Part shown: piece after piece, positions 1-10,415 of the stretch
Numbering within the stretch: the first letter of the stretch is position 1
Layout: every line of letters begins with the position of its first letter
From: Dimorphilus gyrociliatus
Lineage: Eukaryota > Animalia > Annelida
Assembly (NCBI GenBank): GCA_904063045.1
Contig: CAJFCJ010000045.1
Location: 99,961-140,459 of the forward strand
Direction of reading: 5' to 3'
Length of the DNA stretch: 40,499 nt
Notes under the pieces: model-generated
Database searches by the model: none
Seen by the model: the letters and a program-made list of their open reading frames with translations, nothing else
What the model was told of the DNA's origin: nothing
Position numbers and translations under genes: made by a program

Positions 1-1217
1 GTCCATTAGCCTGATTTCCTTTTCAGAATAAAGGACATAAAGGTCCTGTATACATAAGGCAATGACCTCTCTTCCATTATGATATTTAATTCGAAATTGG
101 AAATCTTTTCTGCCTTTTACCAAAGAAGTACACTTAAAATGTGCGATTTTCTCTTTTTTTGAGATTAAATGTTGCATTCTTCCTTTAGAAATTTCAGTCT
201 CATTCGGTTCATCAGGTCCAACATGTATTAGTCTCTTAAAGCTGCTTTTTCATTATTTCCTGCATTTCCATTTCTTTGTTGTTGAAATCTATTTTGAGAA
301 AAAGGTTTAAATGTATGTTCATTTTGATTTGAGTTACTCTGATTGTTGTCAAATCTCCTTTTGTACTGTTTGAATTCATTTTTGCTTTCCTTTCTTGCAT
401 TATCAAAAAATATTTTTGCTGTTTTTGCCAAATTAATATACTGATTAACTGAGTTAATCTTTCCATCTTTTTCCACATGATTAAAATTTTTCCTTTAAGA
501 CCATTCCTGAATACAGTTAACAGTTTGAAGTTCTCTAACTCTTTCAGTAACAAGCCATTTCAGTATTATTGAATGGTAGGAATTTTTCCCCAAGTTCTTT
601 ATTCTTCTAATAAAACTTTGGACAGTTTCATCATTGAACTGTCTCAATCTATCAATTTCTTTTTTGTAAGCCATAGGATCTGGATTAAATTCTTCATCCA
701 ATGCATACCAAATTTCATTTTCATTTGCCATGGAGGGTAAACTTTCAATAGCATCTCTGGCTCTTCAGTAGTATATTTCTCAGCATTCGAATTCTTTTCT
801 CCTCTGGATCCCAAAGGTTTAATTCACAAGCTGTTTGAAAGTTCCTCTTAAAGGCCAAGTATCTTTGCTACCCGAATAGGGTCTCAGCAAAGTAGTATTA
901 GGTTTCTCATTAGCATCAATTAGAAGACTTGCAATTGTCTTTTCCAAAGTGTTATCTTGAATGCCATCATAAGTGAATTTTGGTTGAGTAGGATCAGGAT
1001 TAACCATACCTTCAGGAATTGTAGCTGCCCAGTCATCAAATGGTTACTTTAAAAAGCTATTACCATCAACATTGGCTCCACTACTTTTAATTCTCAACAT
1101 TAATTCATTAATTTTTGAAAGATACTCATCTACTTCCTAGGCTCTGGCTTTGTCACTCCCATAAACCAAAATAACATTCATTGAAGTAGCATTGTGGGCT
1201 GTCACCTGTGCCTTATT
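1..1217 (-). mobile_element. Decayed LTR-retrotransposon internal region (gag, zinc-knuckle relic, aspartic protease relic), Ty3/gypsy-like; continues off the left edge
   Basis: Minus-strand ORF pieces 819-1007, 495-731 (EFNPDPMAYKKEIDRLRQFNDETVQSFIRRIK, retrotransposon gag-like) and 228-476. A CWT..EP knuckle relic lies near 200-225. At 41-60 (rc GCC TTA TGT AT ACA GGA) one missing base restores AL-C-DTG, a retropepsin motif. The region lies directly downstream of an LTR-like sequence on the same strand. Confidence 0.65.
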
Positions 1218-1727
1218 TGTACTTTGTTGTATTGTAATTGTAGGAATTTCTGGTTCGTCACAACTGTAATTGTCCTTTCCAATCATTTACCAACTTGCCA
1301 AAGTATGGGTCCAAATAGAAACTTTAAAGTTCATCCAAAAATAGTCTAACAAATGCAATATCGATAGAAATGAATCAACAAAACACCAGTATTTCATCGA
1401 AAGAATATTTATTGAGTAAAATGAGCTTCTAGTTCTAAACAAGCTAGTTTAAACAACTAGCTGATGGTTAGAAAACTGAACTATCAACTGTTAATTTCGT
1501 AGGGTTTATATACTCTTTTAAGGGTTGATAGTTCATAAATTTCAAAGTTGACAAAAACAAAAGTAACATTTTAAGACAAAGAAAAGTACTAAATATGGTC
1601 ATGTTTTTATTGTTTTCCTCTTCTAAATAACAGTTGAATTTCAAAGGTTGGAGAGTTGCATAAGATGTAACAATTTTAGTCAGACAAGTCCAACAATCAA
1701 AACAACATGTAGATTGAATATTTGACC
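1218..1727 (-). mobile_element. LTR, subfamily B (probable 5' LTR of the decayed element at 1-1217)
   Basis: Begins TGTACTTTGTTGTATTG like the solo LTRs and shares about 250 bp with them, then follows a different sequence that recurs at about 26825-27182. Minus-strand TATATAAA (~1505) and AATAAA (~1410). The right boundary is inferred from where similarity to the 27 kb copy ends. Confidence 0.6.
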
Positions 1728-1944
1728 ATTTTTGTATTCTATCTTAATAATGATATTCAATTGATTGAGTTAGTAATTTTAGCATCAGCATATAAGGAGG
1801 AAGTTTATCTGAAACTTAGAATTTAAGCATAATTGATACTTAATTGAACTAGTTTTAGTTCAAAATCATAAATTTATGGTTTAATAAATTGTAATATTAA
1901 TGCTAGGTTGCAAATAGCAATATTCTTTTACTAATTTAATAGCT

Positions 1945-2410
1945 ATAATTTGAATAAAGAACAGAGCAAAAATCTAGAAAATTTTCTTAAGAATTGTTGT
2001 AAAATAGAAACCTTACAACTGTCAAAGAATATTGGAATTGGTGATGGAAACTTCAATTTTTGTGAAGCACTTCACAAATCTTCAAATACACTGTCAAGTC
2101 TCTACTTACTTGAATGTAATTTGAATGAAGAACAAACCAAAAATCCACAAAATTTTCTAAAGAATTGTTTCATCATAGTTGAGTAACTATTATATCTGTT
2201 ACTTACTTAATAAATATGCATATTTGTTTTTGAAGTCTGTAAAAGAATGATCATTAATAAAATCATCTATTTTTGTGGCTTATGAAAAATTTCTTCTTCA
2301 ATGTTTAAATAATTTAGAAAATTTAACTTCTGAAAATTATGAACTGTGCTGCTTTGGAAAGAAATATTTTAAGAAAATTGAATCCTTTTAACCACAATGA
2401 CCCAAATTTA
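1945..2410 (+). pseudogene. 5'-truncated relic of the 57-aa LRR family: last ~1.5 units, stop codon and 3' flank
   Basis: ORF 1950-2186 (NKEQSKNLENFLKNCCKIETLQLSKNIGIGDG...KNCFIIVE*). Positions 2150-2410 match the reverse complement of 14398-14660, the 3' end and flank of the giant gene. Confidence 0.8.
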
Positions 2411-2627
2411 ATTATTGGGCTGATTTATTAGAATCAACCTTTCTATATGTTCTGTTATGGATTTTCTGAGTATTAGCATTTTTTGAAAATACCTTTGTTT
2501 TTATTTTTAGAACTTTCATTTGTAAAGCACCAAGAAGTTACTTTCAAATGAGTCTAATTTTTGCAGATTTAAGTACTTCTAAATGTTCAATGTATAAAGG
2601 AAATGAGACACCTCAAATTTTCTTATG

Positions 2628-2703
2628 CCAAAGAACATCTTCCACAATGAAGGAGCTATGGTTTTCTGCATTCAGCCTTCTCCTTTTTCTCCAGACTTCA
2701 AAT
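2628..2703 (-). mobile_element. Tc1/mariner transposase fragment
   Basis: GAACATCTTCCACAATGAAGGAGCTAT..CTCCAGACTTCAAAT is nearly identical to 36937-37012, part of a Tc1 remnant. Confidence 0.5.
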
Positions 2704-2949
2704 CATATTTTCTATTATGTAAAGTAATCCTTTTTTTTCTTTTTTCTTCTATAGTTTCAATTTTTCCAAGTTTTTGTTGAGATGTAGGAGAGAATATCTT
2801 TTAAGGTAGGTTAAGTGTTTTAAAGTGGATATTTTTAAACTTCCAAAGAAGTAGCCAAGTATAACAAGGAAAAAAGGACTAGTTTGACTTAAAAATTTAA
2901 ATTTTCAATTTGATTCAACTTTTGTGCTTTTTGAATTTTGGGAGAAAGA

Positions 2950-3052
2950 TATTTATTCAAGCAATGAAAGAATATTAGTATTTGCAATTGACAATCATTT
3001 AAAACTCTTGTCTTTGGCAAAGATGTGGTATATGGATGGTACTTTCAAATAG
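2950..3052 (+). mobile_element. MULE transposase fragment
   Basis: Translates as ILVFAIDNHLKLLSLAKMWYMDGTFK*, the same W-x-x-DGTFK first-catalytic-Asp motif seen in the other copies. Confidence 0.6.
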
Positions 3053-3299
3053 TATGTATCAAAAGTGTATGCACTGCCCTATGCAAAACTAGGTCAATAC
3101 TGCCTATTTCTATCAGTGCTATCTGTACAGTACAATATTGGTTCAATACTTTTTATCTATTGTACAATATTGCTGACAATTGTATATGTATAATCTGAGA
3201 AAATGAAAACTGTGAAATTGGAAATGAAAAAGTTTTTTTGATAGCATATTTTTTCAAATGGCTTGAAGATTTTTAATACTGTACATATTTAATAATATA

Positions 3300-3970
3300 A
3301 AGCAGAACATATCTCAATAAGTTGACATGCTGTGATGTCACCAACTTTGAAGTTTTCCCAAATGGAAAACAGTTCTTTTTTAATTTTTGTGTAGAATTTT
3401 TTTTTGCATTCTCAATATCTTCTTCTCACTTAATAATTTTTCATATACATAAATTAATTTAGACTCTCTCTTTAGTTCATTAATATTTTTGTAAAATGAT
3501 TAATTTATTTCCATGATTTTATTGAATCTATTATGAAATCCTTCCAGATCATTATTCATTCGGATTGATTATTTAAAAATAGACCAAGTTTCTAGAGGCC
3601 AAAAGCTTCAAACTTAATTCTTTCAGCCAGCTCACTTTTTATTTTTTAGAATTGATTTACAATTAAAGTATGAGGAAGGCAGGGCAAAGCCATAATCATT
3701 TTCATTGATTGGCATTCTCCTTCTCTCTTTTTAAATTCTGGGCTGTGACCCAGATCCTAAAAGTAAAATAATAAACTTTGATTAAATATTGACACTTATT
3801 AGTATTTTTTCTAACCTGAAGTGTTTTAAAAATGGCTTGTGACCAATGTAAAGATCAACCAAGCATTGTAACATCTGGCCATGTATCTCTAATACTTTTC
3901 CAAATGGCCTTCTCATAGTTCAACACATTTTTTGGAACAGAGATGTGATCAGTTAATTCATTTACAATCA
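3300..3970 (-). mobile_element. Decayed MULE transposase (middle exon, intron, C-terminal exon)
   Basis: The reverse complement reads ...YEKAIWKSIRDTWPDVTMLG*SLHWSQAIFKTLQ, then a gt..ag intron, then DLGHS..MKMIMALPCLP..IRMNNDLEGFHNRFNK. Multiple stops. Confidence 0.7.
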
Positions 3971-4059
3971 AAATGCACAAATTTTCATTGATTTAAGTAT
4001 TTAAAAATATAACTTACCTTGAATAGTAATTTATTAGCTTTTTGCTTTTTAAAAGTTAA

Positions 4060-4520
4060 GAATGGAAAAAGCAATGGCACCAGCTTCAACTATACATCAC
4101 TTCAGAAATCTTCAAATACACTAACAAGTCTCTATTTACCTGAATGTAATTTGAATGAAGAACAAACCAAAAATCTAGAAAATTTCCTGAAGAATTGTTC
4201 TAAAATAGAAAATTTAGACCTTAATGAAAATATTAGAACTGGTGATGGAAACTATAATTTTTGTGAAGCACTTCACAAATCCTTAAATACATTGAATTGG
4301 CTGACTCTGAAATCATGTAAAATCAAAGCAAAAATCTAGAAAATTTTCTAAAGAATTGTTCTAAAATAGAAAAGTTATATCTGTCAAAGAATATTGGAAT
4401 TGGTGATGGAAACTTTAATTTTTGTGAAGCACTTCACAAATCTTCAAATACACTAACAAGTCTCTATTTACGTGAATGAAGAAAATTGAATACTTTCAAG
4501 CACAATGACACAAATTTAAT
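4060..4520 (+). pseudogene. LRR-family relic (~2 diverged 57-aa units) joined by a deletion to the family 3' flank
   Basis: ORF 4019-4339 plus a frameshifted continuation to ~4475. Positions 4478-4520 match the reverse complement of 14398-14440. Confidence 0.8.
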
Positions 4521-4522
4521 GA

Positions 4523-4630
4523 GGGTTGTTGAAAATGCCCACTGTTGAAAACGCCCACTGTGCTTGTTCAAAACACCCACTGGGCTTGTTGAAAACGCCC
4601 ACTCTGCTTGTTGAAAATGCCCACTGTGTT
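4523..4630. repeat. About 5 tandem 16-21 bp repeats (GTTGAAAAYGCCCACT), probable terminal repeat of MULE copy A
   Basis: Visible tandem motif starting GGGTTGTTGAAAATGCCC, 160 bp beyond the MULE-A stop codon. No partner end was found. Confidence 0.55.
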
Positions 4631-4792
4631 TATTGATAATTACGCACCATTCCTAAGCTACAAAAGTTGTTTAATTACGTTTGAAATGATAACTCTTCAA
4701 GTTGAAGTAATAGAGATGTAATTAGTTTTAACATGTGTATTAAAAAAATGTAATAGAATTATTTAGAGTAGAAACATTGATGGCAGACAGAT

Positions 4793-7162
4793 TTATAAAT
4801 GATAAATTGCTGAATATTTTTCCAAAAGCTCACCAGTACAAATATTACCATTGTACCTTGTTGTATTGTAATTGTAGGAATTTCTGCTTCTTCAGAACAG
4901 TATTCGTCCTTTCCAATCATTTATCAATTTACCAAAGTACTGGTCCAATTAGAACCTTTCAAGTTCGTCCACAAATAGTCTTAACAAATGTAATTTCGGT
5001 AGAAATAATTCAACAAAATACCAGTATTTCGTCCAAAGAATATGTATTGAGTAAATGAGTTTCTAGTTCTAAACAAGTAAGTTTAAACAATCAGTTAACA
5101 GTTAAAGAACTGAACTGACAAGCTGAGGAAATGCATTTCCTTTTATACATTTTCCAAAGCTTGGGTTCAAGTGGTCAAAGGATTACAAAGTTGAAATCTG
5201 ATGGTCTCATAATTCTCATGTAACAAAAATATGAAAGACTGTTATATCACACATATAAAATATAATCCTAAGATTAGGGCCACATGCCAAACATGTGCCA
5301 CAGCAAACAGGCCTGTCTCATCAGCATCTGGTGTTTGACCTGCATCTTTTCCATGTTCTTTGTTCCTTTGTTAATTCCCCAAGTAGCCACCATCTGTTAC
5401 AGTCAAAGAGTCTATTTCTTACGAAATAGAGTTCTTTCTAAAGTACTAAAAGCTAACTCTACGAAATAAAAGTCTTTCTAAAGTTCCACCACTATAATTG
5501 CTACGAAATATAAGTATTTCTATAGTTGCACCAGTCTAATTCCTATAAAATAGAAGTCTTTCTAATGTACCCTTATATCTAAGTGCACAACCATTTTCAA
5601 ATTTATACCAAATTTCATAAATTTTCTTTTGTATGTTGGTATAGATTTTTTTTGTATTCTACAAATCTTCTTTGCTGATAGTAGCTTTTGATAAACATCA
5701 ATTAGATCACTTTCTCTCTTTAATTCGTCTATAGTGCTATAAAATGAAGAATGTTCTTGTAAATTTCCATTAAATTTGTTGTGGAAGCCTCCCAAGTCAT
5801 TATTTGTTCAAATAGCTCTCTTAAACACTTACCAATTATTTGGTGACCAGAGATTATTATATATCCATGTTTCCTCCATGTATTTAACAAGATCATGTAA
5901 TTTATTAACCTCAGTTAGATTTCTTTTATTCTTTTCAAATTGATGCTGAATGATATTACCAGGAAGAAATGGAAGGGCTAACATCATCTTAATTGCATAC
6001 CACTCTCCTTTTTTATTTTTGTAGTCTCTACTATAGCCAAGCTCATATTGTTTTTTCAACATTAAAAATATCAAAGTTCTATTGAAAATCATTACCTTGA
6101 TTTTTCTAAATACAGCCTGAGACCAATGAAATAATCATCCACTTATTTCTGCATTTTCCAAAACAGACAAAATTGCTCTCCAGATTGCCTTTTCGAAATC
6201 TATTACAAATCTTTTTGGCTGATGATTATTTGTTAATTCACAAACTGCCTGAAAAATTTACATAGAGTAATTAAGTAAAGAATTACTTTAGCAACACATA
6301 TACAAAAACTTTGTCCTTACTTGAAACAATAGTTCATATGCTTTTTTCTTTTTGAAGACATAAACACAGTTAATAGTGGTACTTGTTTCAAAGCATCATT
6401 TTTTTTCAGAAATCCATGGATAAAGAATATTTGTATAAAAGGATTATGAGCATGTTTAAAAGTACCATCAAGAAACCATGTTTTTGTTGAGGAAAGAAAT
6501 TCAATTTGCTTATTTGTTGCAAATATTATAATTTGAAAGCTATTTTCATTTATATCTTTCCTTAGAAATCTGTCAGGTAAGAAGGTATGGTTAAGAAAAA
6601 TATTAATACCATCTGGCTCTCTTGGATGATTTTTTCTCTTCTGATAATTCACAACTTGTACACAGGATGTTACTTATGGTAAATGTTCTGCATCTGTATG
6701 CTTTATCAAAACCTCTTCTGCAAATCTTCTTCCACTTAGTATTAGATTTTCTTTACTTTTGGTTTTTAAATCACTTCTTATCAATAGCTTCTTTTCATTA
6801 TCCTCATTTCCCAAATGTATGTGTGCTCTTTTACCTAATGTAAAAGAAGATCCATTTTGATTGACACTGACAGGACATCTTTGATTTCTATTTCTTCCGC
6901 TGCAAATCCATATAGTTCTCTTCTTTGTTTTAAACTTTATATTAAAAGAAAAGCCATTATGCACTAATAAATCCTTTCCTTTCTGACTACCATTTTTTAT
7001 AATTTCAAATTTAGAGGAATCAAAAAGTTGAATACTAGATGGTTCTTTTTCAAATGAGCTTTTTTCAACATCACTAACTTCAAAATTAGGATCACAACCA
7101 ACAGTTGAATTTGTAATACCTATTGAAGGATTATCAGTATCCATCACTTGATCATAATACAA
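4793..7162 (-). mobile_element. MULE copy A: FLYWCH + MULE transposase pseudogene (Phantom-like), two introns, interrupted by a solo LTR
   Basis: FLYWCH motif (KGKDLLVHNGFSF..TIWIC..RCP..AHIH, ORF 6674-7162), WFLDGTFK (6317-6652), DFEKAIW..LFHWSQAVFRK exon (~6100-6265), MLALPFLP and TNNDLGGFHNK. Removing the LTR restores ..FENG|NICTGELLEKYSAIYHL*. Contains stops and frameshifts. Confidence 0.9.
4852..5589 (-). mobile_element. Solo LTR, subfamily A, 738 bp, 5-bp TSD ACCAT
   Basis: TG...CA ends (TGTAC.. / ..GTGCACA), with ACCAT at 4847-4851 and 5590-5594. About 98% identical to 13287-14023. Minus-strand TATAAAAG at ~5140 and about four 41-bp repeats in the U3-like part. Confidence 0.92.
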
Positions 7163-7538
7163 CTATGGTCAATAATACTCATATAATTTTTAAACAATTG
7201 TACATGTTCATTGTTGATTTAACAGCTTTAGATTTTGAAAATTGTAACATAACTAAATCTGTAGCTATTTATATTGGTGATTTCCTGATAAAAAGTACTC
7301 GAATTTACTCCCTGACTAAAAATGCTGACTAGGCAAAAATCAATACAGAATAATATTGCGAAACGTTTTGCAATAGAAGCCAGACACATTGAAACTTGAA
7401 CTGAAACCATACTATTCAATATGGCTTCCTAATTTCATAACATTTACCAAATAACTTCATATTTCTTTAAATGAGAAGATAAGTAAGTGAAATATTAAAT
7501 AAATCAGCAGTAATCTGAATCTGTGTTAGAAAGAGAAA

Positions 7539-9341
7539 ATGTATGTTTATAGCTTACAAATGTTAAGTTTAAGAAATGTTTCTTCTAATTTATACTTAAA
7601 CTATAGAATATGTCATAATTATTCATTTAAAGTACCATATGGAATAGGAGATTTAATACTTCAATACTATTACGATAATATAAATCCAGTACGAGAAGAA
7701 GATTTAAAATTTTTTTCAAAAGAAATAACATCATTAACTGAAATATACTGCAATGAACAATCTAAAACTATTCTAAAATTATTAAATATCATTGATACGA
7801 CAAACTTAAAAGCTTTAAAATTTTCTGTTAATGAAATGGATTATTATAATGTTATTAAAATATCTAAGAATATAGTCAACTGCTCACTTGAATCTTTTAA
7901 ATTAAAATCAAAAACTTGTTTGGAAAATGGAATTGATAAAATATTTAATATTTTTGTTCATTCGTGTAATACTTTACGGTTTGTGGCTTTGATAAATTGT
8001 AATCTAAATGAGAAATATTGTGAGAATTTGGGACAAATTTTAAAAAATTGTTCTAAAATTACAGAATTTAATCTTTCGAATAATCAAGAAATGAAGAATG
8101 GACTAAGATTTATTTTTAAAAGTCTTGTGAAATCATCAAATGAATTAAAAATATTAAATTTAGGTGGATGTTCATTGGGTGGTAATCTCTCTAAAGATCT
8201 CAGGAGATTGTTGGCAAAATGTACCAACTTGGAAAAAATGGAATTATCAAATACAAAGTTAGGAGAACAATTGTTGCATATACTCAAAGGTCTTAGTGTC
8301 TCATCCAACAAATTAAAGCTAATAAGCCTGTATAATTGTAATTTGACTGAACAAGTATGTAAATGTTTTGGAAAATTTTTAGAAAATTGTTCTACCATTG
8401 AAGAAATAAACCTTGAAGAAAATGATTTAAGTGGAAATTGTTTGTTTTATTTATGCAAAGGGTTGAAAAAATCATCTGACAATTTAAAGATTATTAATTT
8501 GAGTAGTTGTGAATTAAATATTGATAATAGTAGATATGTCCAGAAACTCTTAAATACATGTTTTAAAATTGAAAGAATATATTTGAAGAATAATTTAAAT
8601 TTACAGGAAGGATTATCAAATATACTTGAAGGGCTCATGAGTTCAGCAGAAAAGTTAAAGGAAATTGATATCACATATTGTATTTTTCCTGAAACGGAAA
8701 ATGTTTTTCTTGAAAAATTTTTATCCTGTTGTTCAAATTTGGAAATATTAACACTAACTGCTACTATTCATACAGGCAGTAGAATGGAATCTGTTTGCAA
8801 AGGGCTTAAAAATTCTTCAAAGACATTAAGAAGCTTAAACACAAGTAAATGTTGGTTTGGTAGAACAAGTTTCTTTTCAATTGTTGAACTGTTTAAAAGT
8901 TGTTCAAGCCTAGAAATTTTGGATTTTGGTAATAATACTGGAATTAAACATGTATTTGAAGATGTTTATAAACATTTTCATAACTTTTCTACAAAATTGA
9001 ATGTTTTAAAGTTACAATGGTGTGGTTTGCATGATAATCATGTAGTAAATTTGGAAAAAGCTTTGAAAAATTGTTTTGGTATTGAAAAATTGTATCTTCA
9101 CAATAATCTTTTATCAGAGAGTAAATTACAGAGTATATGTGACAGTTTAATGAATTCAGCAAAGAGTTTAAAAAAATTAAAATTGGGTTATCATTATCAT
9201 ATGCCTGTTAACATTTCTACTTTCTGCAATCTGATAATAAATTGTTCAAGGTTAACTTTATTTGTTATACACAAAAACACTTATAGTGGTGATGAAATTG
9301 CTGAATTAAAGAGAAACTCAGTAAAAAGTTTAGTAAAGTAA
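7539..9341 (+). CDS. Intact 600-aa ribonuclease-inhibitor-type LRR protein (~8 diverged 57-aa LRR pairs), no recognisable N-terminal domain
   Basis: Uninterrupted ORF with a 57-aa period (CNLNEKYCENLGQILKNCSKITEFNLSNN..LKILNLGG|CSL), homologous to the giant-gene unit. AATAAA at ~9378. Upstream exons cannot be excluded. Confidence 0.85.
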   Translation: MYVYSLQMLSLRNVSSNLYLNYRICHNYSFKVPYGIGDLILQYYYDNINPVREEDLKFFSKEITSLTEIYCNEQSKTILKLLNIIDTTNLKALKFSVNEMDYYNVIKISKNIVNCSLESFKLKSKTCLENGIDKIFNIFVHSCNTLRFVALINCNLNEKYCENLGQILKNCSKITEFNLSNNQEMKNGLRFIFKSLVKSSNELKILNLGGCSLGGNLSKDLRRLLAKCTNLEKMELSNTKLGEQLLHILKGLSVSSNKLKLISLYNCNLTEQVCKCFGKFLENCSTIEEINLEENDLSGNCLFYLCKGLKKSSDNLKIINLSSCELNIDNSRYVQKLLNTCFKIERIYLKNNLNLQEGLSNILEGLMSSAEKLKEIDITYCIFPETENVFLEKFLSCCSNLEILTLTATIHTGSRMESVCKGLKNSSKTLRSLNTSKCWFGRTSFFSIVELFKSCSSLEILDFGNNTGIKHVFEDVYKHFHNFSTKLNVLKLQWCGLHDNHVVNLEKALKNCFGIEKLYLHNNLLSESKLQSICDSLMNSAKSLKKLKLGYHYHMPVNISTFCNLIINCSRLTLFVIHKNTYSGDEIAELKRNSVKSLVK

Positions 9342-9867
9342 TTTTTAACTTGAATTTTGTATTTGAGATTTGACATTTAATAAATCTGTTTTTTTACCAA
9401 ACTTTTGATACTGTTTAATTGTGTTTTCTGTTAGGTACATTTTTAAAACTCATTAAGTAGTTAATTAACATTCTGCAGGTGCAAGGGATGGATACAATTA
9501 AAAAATTGATTAGTATGTAGTAATGAATATAGAATTAAATCTAGCTCTTCTTGTTGAATATAGGTTCAGACAATAGTGACATAATCAAAACTTTAAAACT
9601 CCATAGCTCCAGAACCATTTGGCTGATTTGGCTGAAATTTTGTACAGTGATTCAGATCAATTGGATCTAAGCCTGTACAAGAGCTCAAATAAACCTCTGT
9701 AGGTTGAAAATTTTGAAATTTTCAGTGGTTGATTGACTATTTAAAGTGCTAAAAAATAACAGATTTCTCCAATTATTTCTACTGATTAGTGGGTAGATAA
9801 ATTTGAATGGACTATAATTGAAATATCTTGATCAAATGAATTCAATACATATGTATATTTAGGGGTT

Positions 9868-9914
9868 GGGTGGGAACGTACCTGGGTGTGAATGTACCCA
9901 GGTAGTTCCCACCC
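9868..9914. other. GC-rich inverted repeat (hairpin)
   Basis: GGGTGGGAACGTACCTGGGT ... ACCCAGGTA-GTTCCCACCC: about 20-bp arms with a single bulge. Confidence 0.6.
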
Positions 9915-10164
9915 TCTTTCCTCTTTTGTTTATTTATTGAATTTTCATCCAATGGTTTTGTTAATAATAGATATATATGTATATACTCAGACTGTAAAAA
10001 GCAATATTTTATCAATGTGAAGTATTATTTAAAAATATTAAATATTGTTGAAAAGTGAAATGGCAGGAAGTTCAATAGTGAAGGTGGTTGAAATAAACTT
10101 TCACTTTGGACAGCATATACTTCCAAAGGTAAGCTATATTTCCTAAATAAATTTGGATAAAGCA

Positions 10165-10400
10165 TACCAAAGCATATATTCAAGCATTTCAGGTGAATAA
10201 TTTTTTTTTCTGTACAAGAATAATGATGAAATATAATTTTGCTTGCAGCATATCAACAATCTGATAAATGAACATCCCAAAAGAATTACAATGGATTTTG
10301 AAAAAGAACTATGGAAAGCATTAATAAAAATATACCCCATGACTGAATTTCAAGGTTGTGTGTTTCATTTCACACAAGCAGTTTATAGAAAAATACAGGT
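10165..10400 (+). mobile_element. MULE transposase relic (copy E): intron 1, middle exon, intron 2 donor
   Basis: KAYIQAFQ/gtgaat..ttgcag/HINNLINEHPKRITMDFEKELWK..GCVFHFTQAVYRKIQ/gtaag. Confidence 0.75.
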
Positions 10401-10415
10401 AAGTTATTTTTATCC

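Noticed and set aside
4777-5469. ORFs 4777-5058 and 5284-5469 (and the tail of 12960-13493) as host genes
   Set aside because: They are antisense reading frames of the solo LTR.
5400-5570. ~41-bp repeats as a CRISPR-like or independent element
   Set aside because: They are head-to-tail degenerate repeats inside the LTR U3 and are present in both copies.
8084-8674. Minus-strand ORFs 8084-8398 and 8447-8674 (likewise 22339-22545, 22826-23080, 32623-32871, 38732-39123)
   Set aside because: Antisense shadows of real ORFs, with no motif support.
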